Assembly: GCA_964507605.1 (NCBI GenBank)
Contig: CAZDQA010000003.1
Coordinates: forward strand, 1-37,379
DNA: 37,379 bases
Direction of reading: 5' to 3'
Origin: an uncultured Pseudomonadales bacterium
GTDB taxonomy: Bacteria > Patescibacteriota > Microgenomatia > UBA1400 > CG1-02-47-37
How positions within the stretch are numbered: position 1 is the stretch's first letter; each line of letters opens with the position of its first letter. The position numbers and the translations under genes were made by a program. Below are positions 18,720 to 26,915 of the stretch, one piece after another. The notes under the pieces were generated by a model. That model worked only from the letters and a program-made list of their open reading frames with translations, was not told the DNA's origin and made no database searches.

Positions 18720-19148
18720 ATGGCCGCCAATAAACTGCAGCTAACGGTTATTACCCAGGAGAAAATTGTCCTGCAGGATGAGGTTGACCTGGTTCTGGCC
18801 CCCGGCTGGGACGGCCAAATCGGCCTTTTGCCCGGGCATATCGGTTTGCTGACTAAACTCCAACCGGGCGAACTGTTTATTTTTAAAGGCCCGTCAATTT
18901 CCGTCTTAGCCGTTTCCGGCGGTTTACTGGATATTCATAACAATCAATTAAGCGTCATGGCTGATAGCGCTGTCCGGGCTGATGAGATTGATGTCGCTAA
19001 AGTCGAAGCCGCTAAACAAAAAGCTGAAGAAGCTTTAAGAGAGCGCTTATCCGGCACTGAATTTGCTCTGGCTGAAGCCGACTTGAGAAAAGCGGTTTTA
19101 GAATTAAAAGTCGCTAAAAAACGCTACCGCCATCAACATGGAATTTAA
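18720..19148 (+). CDS. atpC: F0F1 ATP synthase subunit epsilon
   Basis: 142 aa. An N-terminal beta-sandwich pattern (L.V.T.E......V..V..PG..G..G.LPGH) and a C-terminal helical hairpin. Confidence 0.85.
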   Translation: MAANKLQLTVITQEKIVLQDEVDLVLAPGWDGQIGLLPGHIGLLTKLQPGELFIFKGPSISVLAVSGGLLDIHNNQLSVMADSAVRADEIDVAKVEAAKQKAEEALRERLSGTEFALAEADLRKAVLELKVAKKRYRHQHGI

Positions 19149-19515
19149 TCTCGCCCCGGACATCCAGCGCCGGCTTTCCCAAATTCAAACCAAACTGCAG
19201 CTGCCCCACATTGACCCGCAAAGAATTGTTTGTTTCCGCAGTCGCGGTTCCAAAGCCCGGGCCCGGGCCAGAATCTGGGCTTTCCCGAAAATTTGGCAAA
19301 TAGCCTTAAAATTGCCGCCGTATTATTGCATTGAAATCATCTCCGAAAAATTCGATCATTTAAAGCCGGATGATCAAACCCGGATTATCATCCACGAAAT
19401 TCTGCACATTCCCAAAAACTTTTCCGGCGCTTTACTGCCCCATCGGGGGAGAGGCAAACTCCTGATCAACGCCCGCTCAGTCGAACAATTATTTAAGCTT
19501 TATCGAAAAAAATGA
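19138..19515 (+). CDS. Small predicted HExxH metallopeptidase (resembles the COG4900-type 'predicted metallopeptidase' family)
   Basis: 125 aa. Motif IIIHEILHIPKNFSGALLPH preceded by RSRGSKARARARIWAFPKIWQ. Overlaps the atpC end by 11 nt. The family assignment is from memory and was not searched. Confidence 0.55.
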   Translation: MEFNLAPDIQRRLSQIQTKLQLPHIDPQRIVCFRSRGSKARARARIWAFPKIWQIALKLPPYYCIEIISEKFDHLKPDDQTRIIIHEILHIPKNFSGALLPHRGRGKLLINARSVEQLFKLYRKK

Positions 19516-20156
19516 TTACTATCTTTCATGGCGATAACTATGTTTTAAGCCGCCAGGCTTTAAACCAAAGTCTCACCCAAACTCCTGAACGTTTTGATGC
19601 CAAACACCTAACCGAAGAAACCCTCACCCAGGCTCTGGAATCAAACTCCATGTTTAAAGACGACAAAATTTTCGTCATCGAAAACTTGCTCACCTCACCC
19701 CGTTCTCAACTTAAAGAAAAGCTAATTAAAATTATTTTAAATAATGCCGGGCAGAATATTTTCCTTTGGGAGAAAAAAGCCCTGTCTCCGGCAGTCAAAA
19801 AACAGTTTGCTAAAGCCGCAATTAAAGAATTTAAACTGCCGGCTTCTTTATTTAATTTTTTAGACAACCTAACACTTAAAAATTTTCATTTAGCCTTAGT
19901 TAATAATCCGGCGGAGCTGATTTTTTATCTTTTGCACCGCCGCATTTCCCAGTTAATCCAAGCCTTAGATGATCCGACTTCTTTAAAAGGCGCGCCTTGG
20001 CAGCTGGGTAAACTCAAAAACCAGGCTAAAAAATATTCTCTGGACCAATTGCTTAATTTTCACCAAAAATTATTAACTTTAGATGAACAAGTCAAAACCA
20101 GCCAAACTGTCCTGTCTTTAACCGGCTGCCTTGACCTATTACTCTTAGAACTCTAG
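19512..20156 (+). CDS. holA: Possible DNA polymerase III subunit delta (short HolA-like)
   Basis: 214 aa. The N-terminus IFHGDNYVLSRQAL resembles the HolA start (..L.GE..FL....L). It is much shorter than canonical HolA. Weak call. Confidence 0.35.
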   Translation: MITIFHGDNYVLSRQALNQSLTQTPERFDAKHLTEETLTQALESNSMFKDDKIFVIENLLTSPRSQLKEKLIKIILNNAGQNIFLWEKKALSPAVKKQFAKAAIKEFKLPASLFNFLDNLTLKNFHLALVNNPAELIFYLLHRRISQLIQALDDPTSLKGAPWQLGKLKNQAKKYSLDQLLNFHQKLLTLDEQVKTSQTVLSLTGCLDLLLLEL

Positions 20157-20159
20157 AAT
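20131..20159 (+). promoter_or_regulatory. Candidate promoter of the PMM/PGM gene (TTGACC-17-TAGAAT) inside the holA-like 3' end
   Basis: TTGACC at 20131-20136, a 17-nt spacer, TAGAAT at 20154-20159 (its TAG is the upstream stop), then 6 nt (AAACTT, no SD) to the ATG at 20166. Confidence 0.5.
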
Positions 20160-20165
20160 AAACTT

Positions 20166-21584
20166 ATGCAGGCTACCTTTGCTGATAATATTTTCCGGGG
20201 CTATGATATCCGCGCTAAAGTGCCTGAAGAGTTGAACTCAGCCGGCGCTTATGTTTTAGGCCAAGCTTACGGTACTTATTTAGCCCAAAGAAGAATTAAC
20301 CAGGCCGTTGTCGTCAATGACAACCGTGTTTCTGCTGAAATGATTAAAACCGCTTTTGTTCAAGGTCTGCTGAATACCGGCATTAATGTGATTGATCATG
20401 GCTTAGGCTTGGTTTACTTCATGTACTTTTCCCAGTATTTTAACCAATCCAAGGGCGGCGTCTCTGTTTCCGCTTCCCATAACCCGAAAGAATACAATGG
20501 CTTTAAACTGGCCGTGGGTTTTTCCGATACCATGATCACTGCCGAAATTATTGAACTTAAACACCTGGCCCAATCCGGCAAATTCGTCAAACCTTTAATC
20601 AAAGGCCAACTGACCAATCAGCCGATCTTTGAGGTGTATAAAAAAGATATCTTTAAACGGATTCCCCAAAAGCTAAATTTTAAACTTGTTTTGGATGGCG
20701 GCAATGCTACTCCCGGCAAATTTCTTCCCCAACTGCTGAGAGAAGCCGGTTGTGAAGTTATCACCCAAAACATTGAACTAGACGGCAACTTTCCCTTAGG
20801 CACCCCTGACCCGACCGATGCTGGTTACTTAAATCGTCTCGCTGTAGGGGTCAAAAAAAACCAGGCCGATCTCGGCTTATGCTATGACCCGGACGGCGAC
20901 CGCTTAGGTATTGTTGATGAAACCGGCACTAAAATCTGGAACGATGTTTTAGTTGCCCTTTTTGCCAAAGATATTTTAGATTTTCTTCCCGGCAGTCCGA
21001 TTGTTTTTAACACTCTTTGCTCTAAAGCTGTCTCTGACACCATTCAGCAATCCAACGGTCAGCCGGTGATGTGGCTTACCGGCCATTCCTTTATCAAAGC
21101 CAAGGTTAAAGAAACCCGGGCGCCGTTTGGCGGCGAGCTTTCCGGCCACTTTTTCTTTATGGATAATTTTTACGGCCATGATGACGGCGCCTTTGCTACT
21201 TTGAGACTACTGGCCTATTTACAGCGGACCAAGCAATCCTTAAAACAAGCCATCGCTCAACTGCCTCAATATGTTTCCAGCCCGGAAATTAAACTCGGTC
21301 TGCCTGACAAAATTAAGTTTGATTTTGTTACTAATGTGATTGGCAAAGAATTAAAAAAACTTTATCCCCAGGCAGAGTATGTCGAAATCGACGGCGTCCG
21401 CATGGACACCAAAGAGACTATGGCCATTGTCCGGGCCAGTCAAAACGGGCCGTATATTACTATTAAATATGAAGGCAAAACTCAACCACAGTATAATCAG
21501 CTAAAACTTGAGTTAAGAAAAATATTAAAATCTCATCCCCAAATAGATTGGAGCTATGGCGTCAACCTTGACGCTTTTGATTAA
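20166..21584 (+). CDS. Phosphomannomutase/phosphoglucomutase (alpha-D-phosphohexomutase family)
   Basis: 472 aa. Active-site Ser loop SASHNPKEYNGFK and Mg-binding loop YDPDGDR. Sugar specificity (PMM/PGM versus GlmM-like) is not resolvable by eye. Confidence 0.85.
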   Translation: MQATFADNIFRGYDIRAKVPEELNSAGAYVLGQAYGTYLAQRRINQAVVVNDNRVSAEMIKTAFVQGLLNTGINVIDHGLGLVYFMYFSQYFNQSKGGVSVSASHNPKEYNGFKLAVGFSDTMITAEIIELKHLAQSGKFVKPLIKGQLTNQPIFEVYKKDIFKRIPQKLNFKLVLDGGNATPGKFLPQLLREAGCEVITQNIELDGNFPLGTPDPTDAGYLNRLAVGVKKNQADLGLCYDPDGDRLGIVDETGTKIWNDVLVALFAKDILDFLPGSPIVFNTLCSKAVSDTIQQSNGQPVMWLTGHSFIKAKVKETRAPFGGELSGHFFFMDNFYGHDDGAFATLRLLAYLQRTKQSLKQAIAQLPQYVSSPEIKLGLPDKIKFDFVTNVIGKELKKLYPQAEYVEIDGVRMDTKETMAIVRASQNGPYITIKYEGKTQPQYNQLKLELRKILKSHPQIDWSYGVNLDAFD

Positions 21585-21586
21585 CT

Positions 21587-22645
21587 ATGGCAGATAATCT
21601 TGACCCCGCTAATTTATACCAATCAATTGTTGACCTGACCAAACAATGCCAGCATGCTTTCAAGCAGGCTAACCAAGTTAAAGTTGCTCCTCAACCTGTC
21701 AAGCAGTTAATTATCTCCGGCATGGGCGGCTCGATTCTGGCCGCTCAGGTAATTGAATCGCTTTACGGTCTTCAACTGAGCGTTCCCTTAACCAAAATCA
21801 GTGATTACCATTTGCCGGTTTGGGCCAATCAGGACAGTTTAGTGATTTGTTCCAGTTATTCCGGTACCACTGAAGAAACTGTTCAGACGCTCAAAGAAGC
21901 CCTGGCTAAAAACTGTCAAATTATTGTTATCTGCGGCGGGGGAGAGCTGGAAACTTTGGCTTTAAGCAACCACTTGCCTTTGTATAAAATTAACCCGGTT
22001 TATAATCCCTGCCGCCAGCCGCGCATGGCCATTGGTTACTCTCTAATTGGCCAGCTGGTCCTGGTCGCCAAAGCCGGTTTATTAAAGTTCGACCAACCTG
22101 ACATACAGTTAATTCAAACCGCCATGGCCCAAGTGGTCAAAGCTAACCACCGGGATATGCCTGTCGAAAACAACCCTGCCAAAAAACTGGCCCAGGAGTT
22201 TCATTCCCGGCAGGTGATTATGGTTGCCGCCGAGCACCTGGCCGGCGCCTTCCATGTTGTCAAAAACCAGATGAATGAGAACGCTAAGCAATTATCCCAC
22301 CGCCACGACCTGCCTGAACTTAACCACCACCTGCTCGAAGGTTTGCGCTTTCCTGAATCTAATCGAAAAGATGTAGCTTTCTGGGTAATTAACTCTAAGC
22401 TCTATTCTCCCAGGCTCCAAACCCGCGTCCGTCTAACCATTGATGTTATCCGGAAAAATAAAATTAAGGCTTTTGAATTTACCCCTTCCGCTGACACTAA
22501 ACTGGCCCAGGTTTTCGAGCTGATCCAATTTGGCAGCTTCGTCAACTACTATATGGCTATGCTCAACCATCTCAATCCTGCCCTGATCCCCTGGGTCAAC
22601 TACTTCAAAAAACACCTGCAGGATCCGACCCTGCAGGCAATCTAA
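21587..22645 (+). CDS. Bifunctional phosphoglucose/phosphomannose isomerase-type SIS domain protein; C-terminus runs through a type-2 palindrome
   Basis: 352 aa. SIS motif ISGMGGS and SYSGTTEET. Size and pattern fit the PGI/PMI family. The tail HLQDPTLQAI is encoded by 22615-22637. Confidence 0.75.
   Translation: MADNLDPANLYQSIVDLTKQCQHAFKQANQVKVAPQPVKQLIISGMGGSILAAQVIESLYGLQLSVPLTKISDYHLPVWANQDSLVICSSYSGTTEETVQTLKEALAKNCQIIVICGGGELETLALSNHLPLYKINPVYNPCRQPRMAIGYSLIGQLVLVAKAGLLKFDQPDIQLIQTAMAQVVKANHRDMPVENNPAKKLAQEFHSRQVIMVAAEHLAGAFHVVKNQMNENAKQLSHRHDLPELNHHLLEGLRFPESNRKDVAFWVINSKLYSPRLQTRVRLTIDVIRKNKIKAFEFTPSADTKLAQVFELIQFGSFVNYYMAMLNHLNPALIPWVNYFKKHLQDPTLQAI
22615..22637. repeat. REP-like 23-nt palindrome, type 2, copy a (stop-proximal flank of RAYT2)
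   Basis: CCTGCAGG-ATC-C-GAC-CCTGCAGG. An 8-bp outer stem, an inner A.C mismatch, then 2 more pairs. It ends 4 nt before the RAYT2 stop (22642-22644). Confidence 0.9.
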
Positions 22646-23301
22646 TCATCAATATCCAAGACTTGGCCTTTAATTCTCAAAATATCCGACTCATCAACTT
22701 CTTCGACAAACTCCTTATAAGATCTTGCCGGTTTTGTCCGGTTAAAATAACTCAAAATGTCCTCGGTTTCTACCCAAGGTTGATTAAACAACCCCAGGTA
22801 ATTCTGATAGCTCGAATACTTATACTCCTCCAAACCTGCAGGGTCGGATCCTGCAGGTAGGGGATTACGATGAATGTATTTAGATAAATATAAAAACTGT
22901 TCTTCTGATTCCACCTCAACCGCCTTGTATTTTCCCTGAAATACCGGCCCCACCCGTTTATATCTCTTATTAAAATACATCGAATATTTGGTCAGCAGTG
23001 ATTTTAAAAAAAGCGGAATGCCAAAAACATCTTTCTGAAACAACAATAAATGAAAATGGTTGGGCATTAAACAATAACAATGTAAAAAAGCTTGTTGGAA
23101 AAAATTCTTCAACTGCTTCGTTGGGGGCACCTGCAGGATCCGACCCTGCAGGTCCTTGGAAGCTAAATATAGCTTTAAATATCCAATAAAAACCTTATAA
23201 TCCTGCTTATCTAAAAAAATTTGCTGTTTAGCTACGCCGCGATTATAAATATGGTAAAACCCGTTTTCTTTATACTCGCGGACTGTATTTTTGCAGGGCA
23301 T
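22642..23301 (-). CDS. REP-associated tyrosine transposase-like protein (HUH/Y1), paralog 2
   Basis: HUH motif in CLMPNHFHLLL and YIHRNP followed by YKYSSY. Collinear with paralog 1 and roughly 55-65% identical by eye. The start is set at the Met at 23301 (MPCKNTVREY, matching MPSKNVVKEY of paralog 1). The tracked 21-codon extension to 23364 reads through the upstream palindrome. Confidence 0.85.
   Translation of the reverse strand: MPCKNTVREYKENGFYHIYNRGVAKQQIFLDKQDYKVFIGYLKLYLASKDLQGRILQVPPTKQLKNFFQQAFLHCYCLMPNHFHLLLFQKDVFGIPLFLKSLLTKYSMYFNKRYKRVGPVFQGKYKAVEVESEEQFLYLSKYIHRNPLPAGSDPAGLEEYKYSSYQNYLGLFNQPWVETEDILSYFNRTKPARSYKEFVEEVDESDILRIKGQVLDIDD
22835..22857. repeat. REP-like palindrome, type 2, copy b (in frame inside RAYT2, inverted relative to the flanks)
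   Basis: CCTGCAGGGTCGGATCCTGCAGG is the exact reverse complement of copy a. The coding strand reads cct gca gga tcc gac cct gca gg = PAGSDPAG. Confidence 0.9.
23130..23152. repeat. REP-like palindrome, type 2, copy c (second in-frame copy inside RAYT2)
   Basis: Identical to copy a (CCTGCAGGATCCGACCCTGCAGG). The coding strand reads ctg cag ggt cgg atc ctg cag g = LQGRILQ(V). Confidence 0.9.
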
Positions 23302-23313
23302 AACCATTCTCAT

Positions 23314-23336
23314 CCTACAGGATCCGACCCTGCAGG
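23314..23336. repeat. REP-like palindrome, type 2, copy d (start-proximal flank of RAYT2), one mismatch
   Basis: CCTACAGGATCCGACCCTGCAGG. One transition (G>A at 23317) in the outer stem. It lies 12 nt upstream of the RAYT2 ATG. Confidence 0.9.
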
Positions 23337-23370
23337 TGCAATGATTGAAATTTTTTGTTATCATTAGTTA

Positions 23371-25665
23371 ATGCCCGATTCACTGCCCATGATCGTTGAT
23401 TTTAAACAAGTTGGTAAAAACGACGTAGGCCTAGTCGGCGGCAAAGGTGCCAATCTCGGCGAAATGGTCCGCGCTGGTTTTCCTGTCCCTCCAGGTTTTA
23501 TCGTTACCGCCGCCGCTTACTATCATGTTGTCGAGTTAAACAACTTAAAGCCAAAAATCAAACCCATTCTCCATGATTTAGACATTCACGATATCCACTC
23601 TCTCAACCAAGTTTCCCAAAGAATTAAAGCTTTAATCTCCCGCGCTAACATCCCCAACCAACTGGCCCTGGATATTATTGAACGCTATTTAAAGCTAGGC
23701 TCCGGCCATAATCAAACTTTAGTCGCCGTCAGGTCCTCGGCTACAGCCGAAGACCTGCCCGACGCTTCCTTCGCCGGCCAGCAGGAAACCTTTCTCAATG
23801 TCCAAGGAGAAGCTAACTTGATTCAAAACATCCGCGCTTGCTGGGCTTCGCTTTTCGAACCCCGGGCGATTTTCTACCGCCAGGAAAAAAACTTCGACCA
23901 CTTCAAAGTCGGCATTGCCGTTCCGGTCCAAAAAATGATTCAAAGTCATGTTTCCGGCATTATGTTTACCGTCAATCCCGTCACTAACAATAAAAATCAA
24001 CTGGTGATCGAGGCAATCTGGGGTTTAGGTGAAAAAATTGTTCAGGGTGCTTACACTCCCGATCATTATTTAATTCAAAAACTCTCCTGGAAAATCCTCC
24101 AAAAACAAACTAATCAGCAAACCAAACAGTTGATTTATTCTAAAGATAGAAATCGCGAATTAAAACTGCCTAAAAACAAACAACGCCAAACCAAGCTAAC
24201 CGATGAGCAAATTATTTTCTTAGCCAAGCTGGGCCATAAAATCCAACAGCATTATTTCTTTCCCCAAGATATCGAATGGGCTTTGGCTGACAATCAATTT
24301 TACCTAGTTCAATCCCGGCCGATTACCACTCTCAACGTCCAAGAGACTAAAACTACACCCATTTCCACCAATAAACTAACCCTGCTTTTAAAAGGCGAAG
24401 CCGCCAGTCCGGGAATAATTACCGGTTATACCAGAATCTTAAAATCATCCAAAGAAATCAACCAGTTGTCCCAGGGAGAAATCTTGGTTACCGATATGAC
24501 CACGCCTGATTTTGTCCCGGCCATGAAAAAAGCCGCCGCCATTGTCACCAATAAAGGCGGTCAAACTTCCCACGCCGCCATTGTCTCCCGGGAACTGGGC
24601 ATTCCTTGTATTGTCGGCACCGCCACAGCCACCCAGGTTTTAAAAACCCGCACCGTAGTCACTGTCAATGGTCAGACCGGAGAAATATTCCGTGGCGGCA
24701 CTATTCTTAAACCAAAAAAAATCTCTGTAGAAAAAATTACCAAAATTCCTGCCAAAGACTTAAAGCCGGACACTATCACTACCGCTACCAAACTCTATGT
24801 TAATTTAGGTGAACCGGACCTGGCCGAAATCATCGGTCAAAAAAACGTTGACGGCCTGGGCTTGCTTCGGGCTGAATTTATGATTGCTCAAATCGGCACC
24901 CATCCTAAAAAAATGATTGCCGACCATAAAGAAGCTCAGTTTATCACCAGTTTAACTGAAAATTTAGCTAAATTTGCCAAAGCTTTTTACCCCCGGCCGG
25001 TAGTTTATCGGGCTACTGACTTTAAAACCAACGAATACTCTAATCTGATTGGCGGCAAGGCCTTTGAACCCCAAGAACCAAACCCCATGCTTGGCTTCCG
25101 CGGCGCCTTTCGCTACTTAACTGATGAAAAAGTCTTTGCCTTGGAACTTTATGCCTTAAAAAATGTCCGGGAAAAACTTGGGTTTAAAAACCTGTGGCTG
25201 ATGATTCCCTTTGTCAGGACAGTTAAAGAGATGGAATTAGTCAAAAAAATTGTTTCCAGTTACGGTTTGATCCGCTCCGCTTCTTTTAAACTCTGGATGA
25301 TGGTGGAAATTCCCGCCAACGTCCTGCTTTTGGAAGAATTTATCAAAGTTGGTATCGACGGAGTTTCTATCGGCTCCAATGACTTAACTATGCTGACTTT
25401 GGGAGTTGACCGGGATAATAGCGAAGTGGCTTCCGAATATGACGAGCTTAATCCGGCAGTTTTATCTTTAATCGAAACTACGATCAAAACCTGTCGGAAA
25501 AATAAAATTACCTGCTCCATCTGCGGCCAAGCCCCTTCTCTCTATCCTGATCTGACTGAAAAGCTGGTCCAATGGGGAATTACCAGTATTTCTGTCACTC
25601 CGGACATGATTGACCAGACCAGAAACATTATTTATCAGGCTGAAAAGCGTTTAATCAATGGCTAA
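23371..25665 (+). CDS. ppsA: Phosphoenolpyruvate synthase (pyruvate, water dikinase)
   Basis: 764 aa. An N-terminal ATP-grasp PEP/pyruvate-binding domain (VGGKGANLGEM), the phospho-His swivel GGQTSHAAIVSRELGIPCIVG and a C-terminal PEP-utilising TIM barrel (IGSNDLTM). The size fits PpsA rather than PPDK. Confidence 0.85.
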   Translation: MPDSLPMIVDFKQVGKNDVGLVGGKGANLGEMVRAGFPVPPGFIVTAAAYYHVVELNNLKPKIKPILHDLDIHDIHSLNQVSQRIKALISRANIPNQLALDIIERYLKLGSGHNQTLVAVRSSATAEDLPDASFAGQQETFLNVQGEANLIQNIRACWASLFEPRAIFYRQEKNFDHFKVGIAVPVQKMIQSHVSGIMFTVNPVTNNKNQLVIEAIWGLGEKIVQGAYTPDHYLIQKLSWKILQKQTNQQTKQLIYSKDRNRELKLPKNKQRQTKLTDEQIIFLAKLGHKIQQHYFFPQDIEWALADNQFYLVQSRPITTLNVQETKTTPISTNKLTLLLKGEAASPGIITGYTRILKSSKEINQLSQGEILVTDMTTPDFVPAMKKAAAIVTNKGGQTSHAAIVSRELGIPCIVGTATATQVLKTRTVVTVNGQTGEIFRGGTILKPKKISVEKITKIPAKDLKPDTITTATKLYVNLGEPDLAEIIGQKNVDGLGLLRAEFMIAQIGTHPKKMIADHKEAQFITSLTENLAKFAKAFYPRPVVYRATDFKTNEYSNLIGGKAFEPQEPNPMLGFRGAFRYLTDEKVFALELYALKNVREKLGFKNLWLMIPFVRTVKEMELVKKIVSSYGLIRSASFKLWMMVEIPANVLLLEEFIKVGIDGVSIGSNDLTMLTLGVDRDNSEVASEYDELNPAVLSLIETTIKTCRKNKITCSICGQAPSLYPDLTEKLVQWGITSISVTPDMIDQTRNIIYQAEKRLING

Positions 25666-26914
25666 GATTGTTAAAATTTATGCCCGGGAAATTTTAGACT
25701 CCCGCGCTAATCCCACCATCGAAACCACGGTTTACTTGGATTCCGGCCATCAAGGTAAATGCAGTGTCCCTTCAGGCGCTTCCTCCAGCAAATACGAAGC
25801 CTTTGAATTAAGAGATAATGACCCCAACCGCTTTGCCGGCATGGGCGTGTTAAAAGCCGTTAATAATGTTAATCAAATCATTGGCCCCAAAGTTATCGGC
25901 CTTGATCCCTCCAATCAAACCGGGCTTGATCAATTATTAATTAATCTTGACGCCACCCCGGATAAAAGTAATTTAGGGGCAAATGCAATCCTCTCTGTTT
26001 CTGTTGCTTGCCTTAAAGCCGGTGCCGCTTATTATCATTTGCCCATTTATCAATATCTTGCTAAAAAATATGGGTTGGTAAAAAATTTAAAAAGAATGCC
26101 TGGCCCCACCTTCAATATCATCAATGGCGGGGCCCATGGCGCCGGTAACTTAGACTTTCAGGAATTCCACGTTATTCCTTCTGCCAGATTTTCTTACCAG
26201 AAAGCCTTGCAAATCGGCATTGAGATTTATCAAAGTCTTAAAAAAACCCTAAAACTTCGGGGAGCAATCCATTCGGTCGGCGATGAAGGCGGTTTTGCTC
26301 CAAACTTATTTACTAACCTGGATGCTCTGGAACTTATTGTTGATTCAATTAATCAAACTCCATATAAACTTACTCAGGATGTTTTTTTAGGTCTGGATGT
26401 CTCGGCCGGATTTTTCTTCAAACACAATCAATATCAGATTAAAGACCGCGCCCAGCCTTTTTCCCGGGACGAACTCATTGCTTACTATCAACAACTTAAT
26501 CAGGAATATCATCTTTTTGCCCTGGAAGACGGCTTAGATCAGGACGACTGGGAAGGATGGTCTAAGCTGACCGACGAACTTGGCGGTCCTACTTTAATTG
26601 TCGGCGACGACCTGCTTTCTACCAATAAAGAACGGGTGAAAAAAGCCATTGCCGTCAAAGCCTGCAACGGGATTTTAATTAAACCCAATCAAATCGGCAC
26701 TGTTTCCGAAACCATTGAGGTGATTAAATACTCTCAGGAAAATGATTTAAAAATCATTGTCTCCCACCGTTCCGGCGAAACCAACGACACCTTTATTGCC
26801 GACTTAGCCGTCGGGGTCGGGGCCGATTACACTAAGTTTGGCGCTCCGGCCCGGGGAGAAAGAATCGTCAAATACAACCGGTTGTTAGAAATCGAAACCG
26901 AGCTTAAACTATAG
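25658..26914 (+). CDS. eno: Enolase
   Basis: 418 aa. N-terminus I..I.AREILDSRANPTIE, plus IKPNQIGT and SHRSGETNDTFIADLAV. Confidence 0.95.
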   Translation: MAKIVKIYAREILDSRANPTIETTVYLDSGHQGKCSVPSGASSSKYEAFELRDNDPNRFAGMGVLKAVNNVNQIIGPKVIGLDPSNQTGLDQLLINLDATPDKSNLGANAILSVSVACLKAGAAYYHLPIYQYLAKKYGLVKNLKRMPGPTFNIINGGAHGAGNLDFQEFHVIPSARFSYQKALQIGIEIYQSLKKTLKLRGAIHSVGDEGGFAPNLFTNLDALELIVDSINQTPYKLTQDVFLGLDVSAGFFFKHNQYQIKDRAQPFSRDELIAYYQQLNQEYHLFALEDGLDQDDWEGWSKLTDELGGPTLIVGDDLLSTNKERVKKAIAVKACNGILIKPNQIGTVSETIEVIKYSQENDLKIIVSHRSGETNDTFIADLAVGVGADYTKFGAPARGERIVKYNRLLEIETELKL

Positions 26915-26915
26915 T

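Larger units (their letters stand above)
22615..23336 (-). mobile_element. REP-RAYT-REP cassette 2 (about 0.7 kb)
   Basis: An HUH/Y1 gene bracketed by two same-orientation type-2 palindromes, with two further internal copies. It is inserted between the PGI/PMI and PEP synthase genes. Confidence 0.7.

Noticed and set aside
18770-18780. CCTGCAGGATG in atpC matches the first 10 nt of the type-2 palindrome. GATCCGGACCTCGCCC at 14677-14692 in atpH resembles the right half of type 1.
   Set aside because: Neither has a complementary partner arm. Both lie in conserved coding sequence and are short enough to be chance.
22615-22637. The type-2 palindrome is built from restriction-type sites (CCTGCAGG/CTGCAG twice, GGATCC once), hinting at a restriction-modification link.
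   Set aside because: Any GC-rich hairpin with an 8-bp self-complementary arm will contain such sites. No methyltransferase or endonuclease gene is nearby.
23302-23364. A 21-codon N-terminal extension of RAYT2 (MITKNFNHCTCRVGSCRMRMV).
   Set aside because: It reads straight through the upstream palindrome. Paralog 1 starts at the equivalent of Met22 (MPSKNVVKEY versus MPCKNTVREY).
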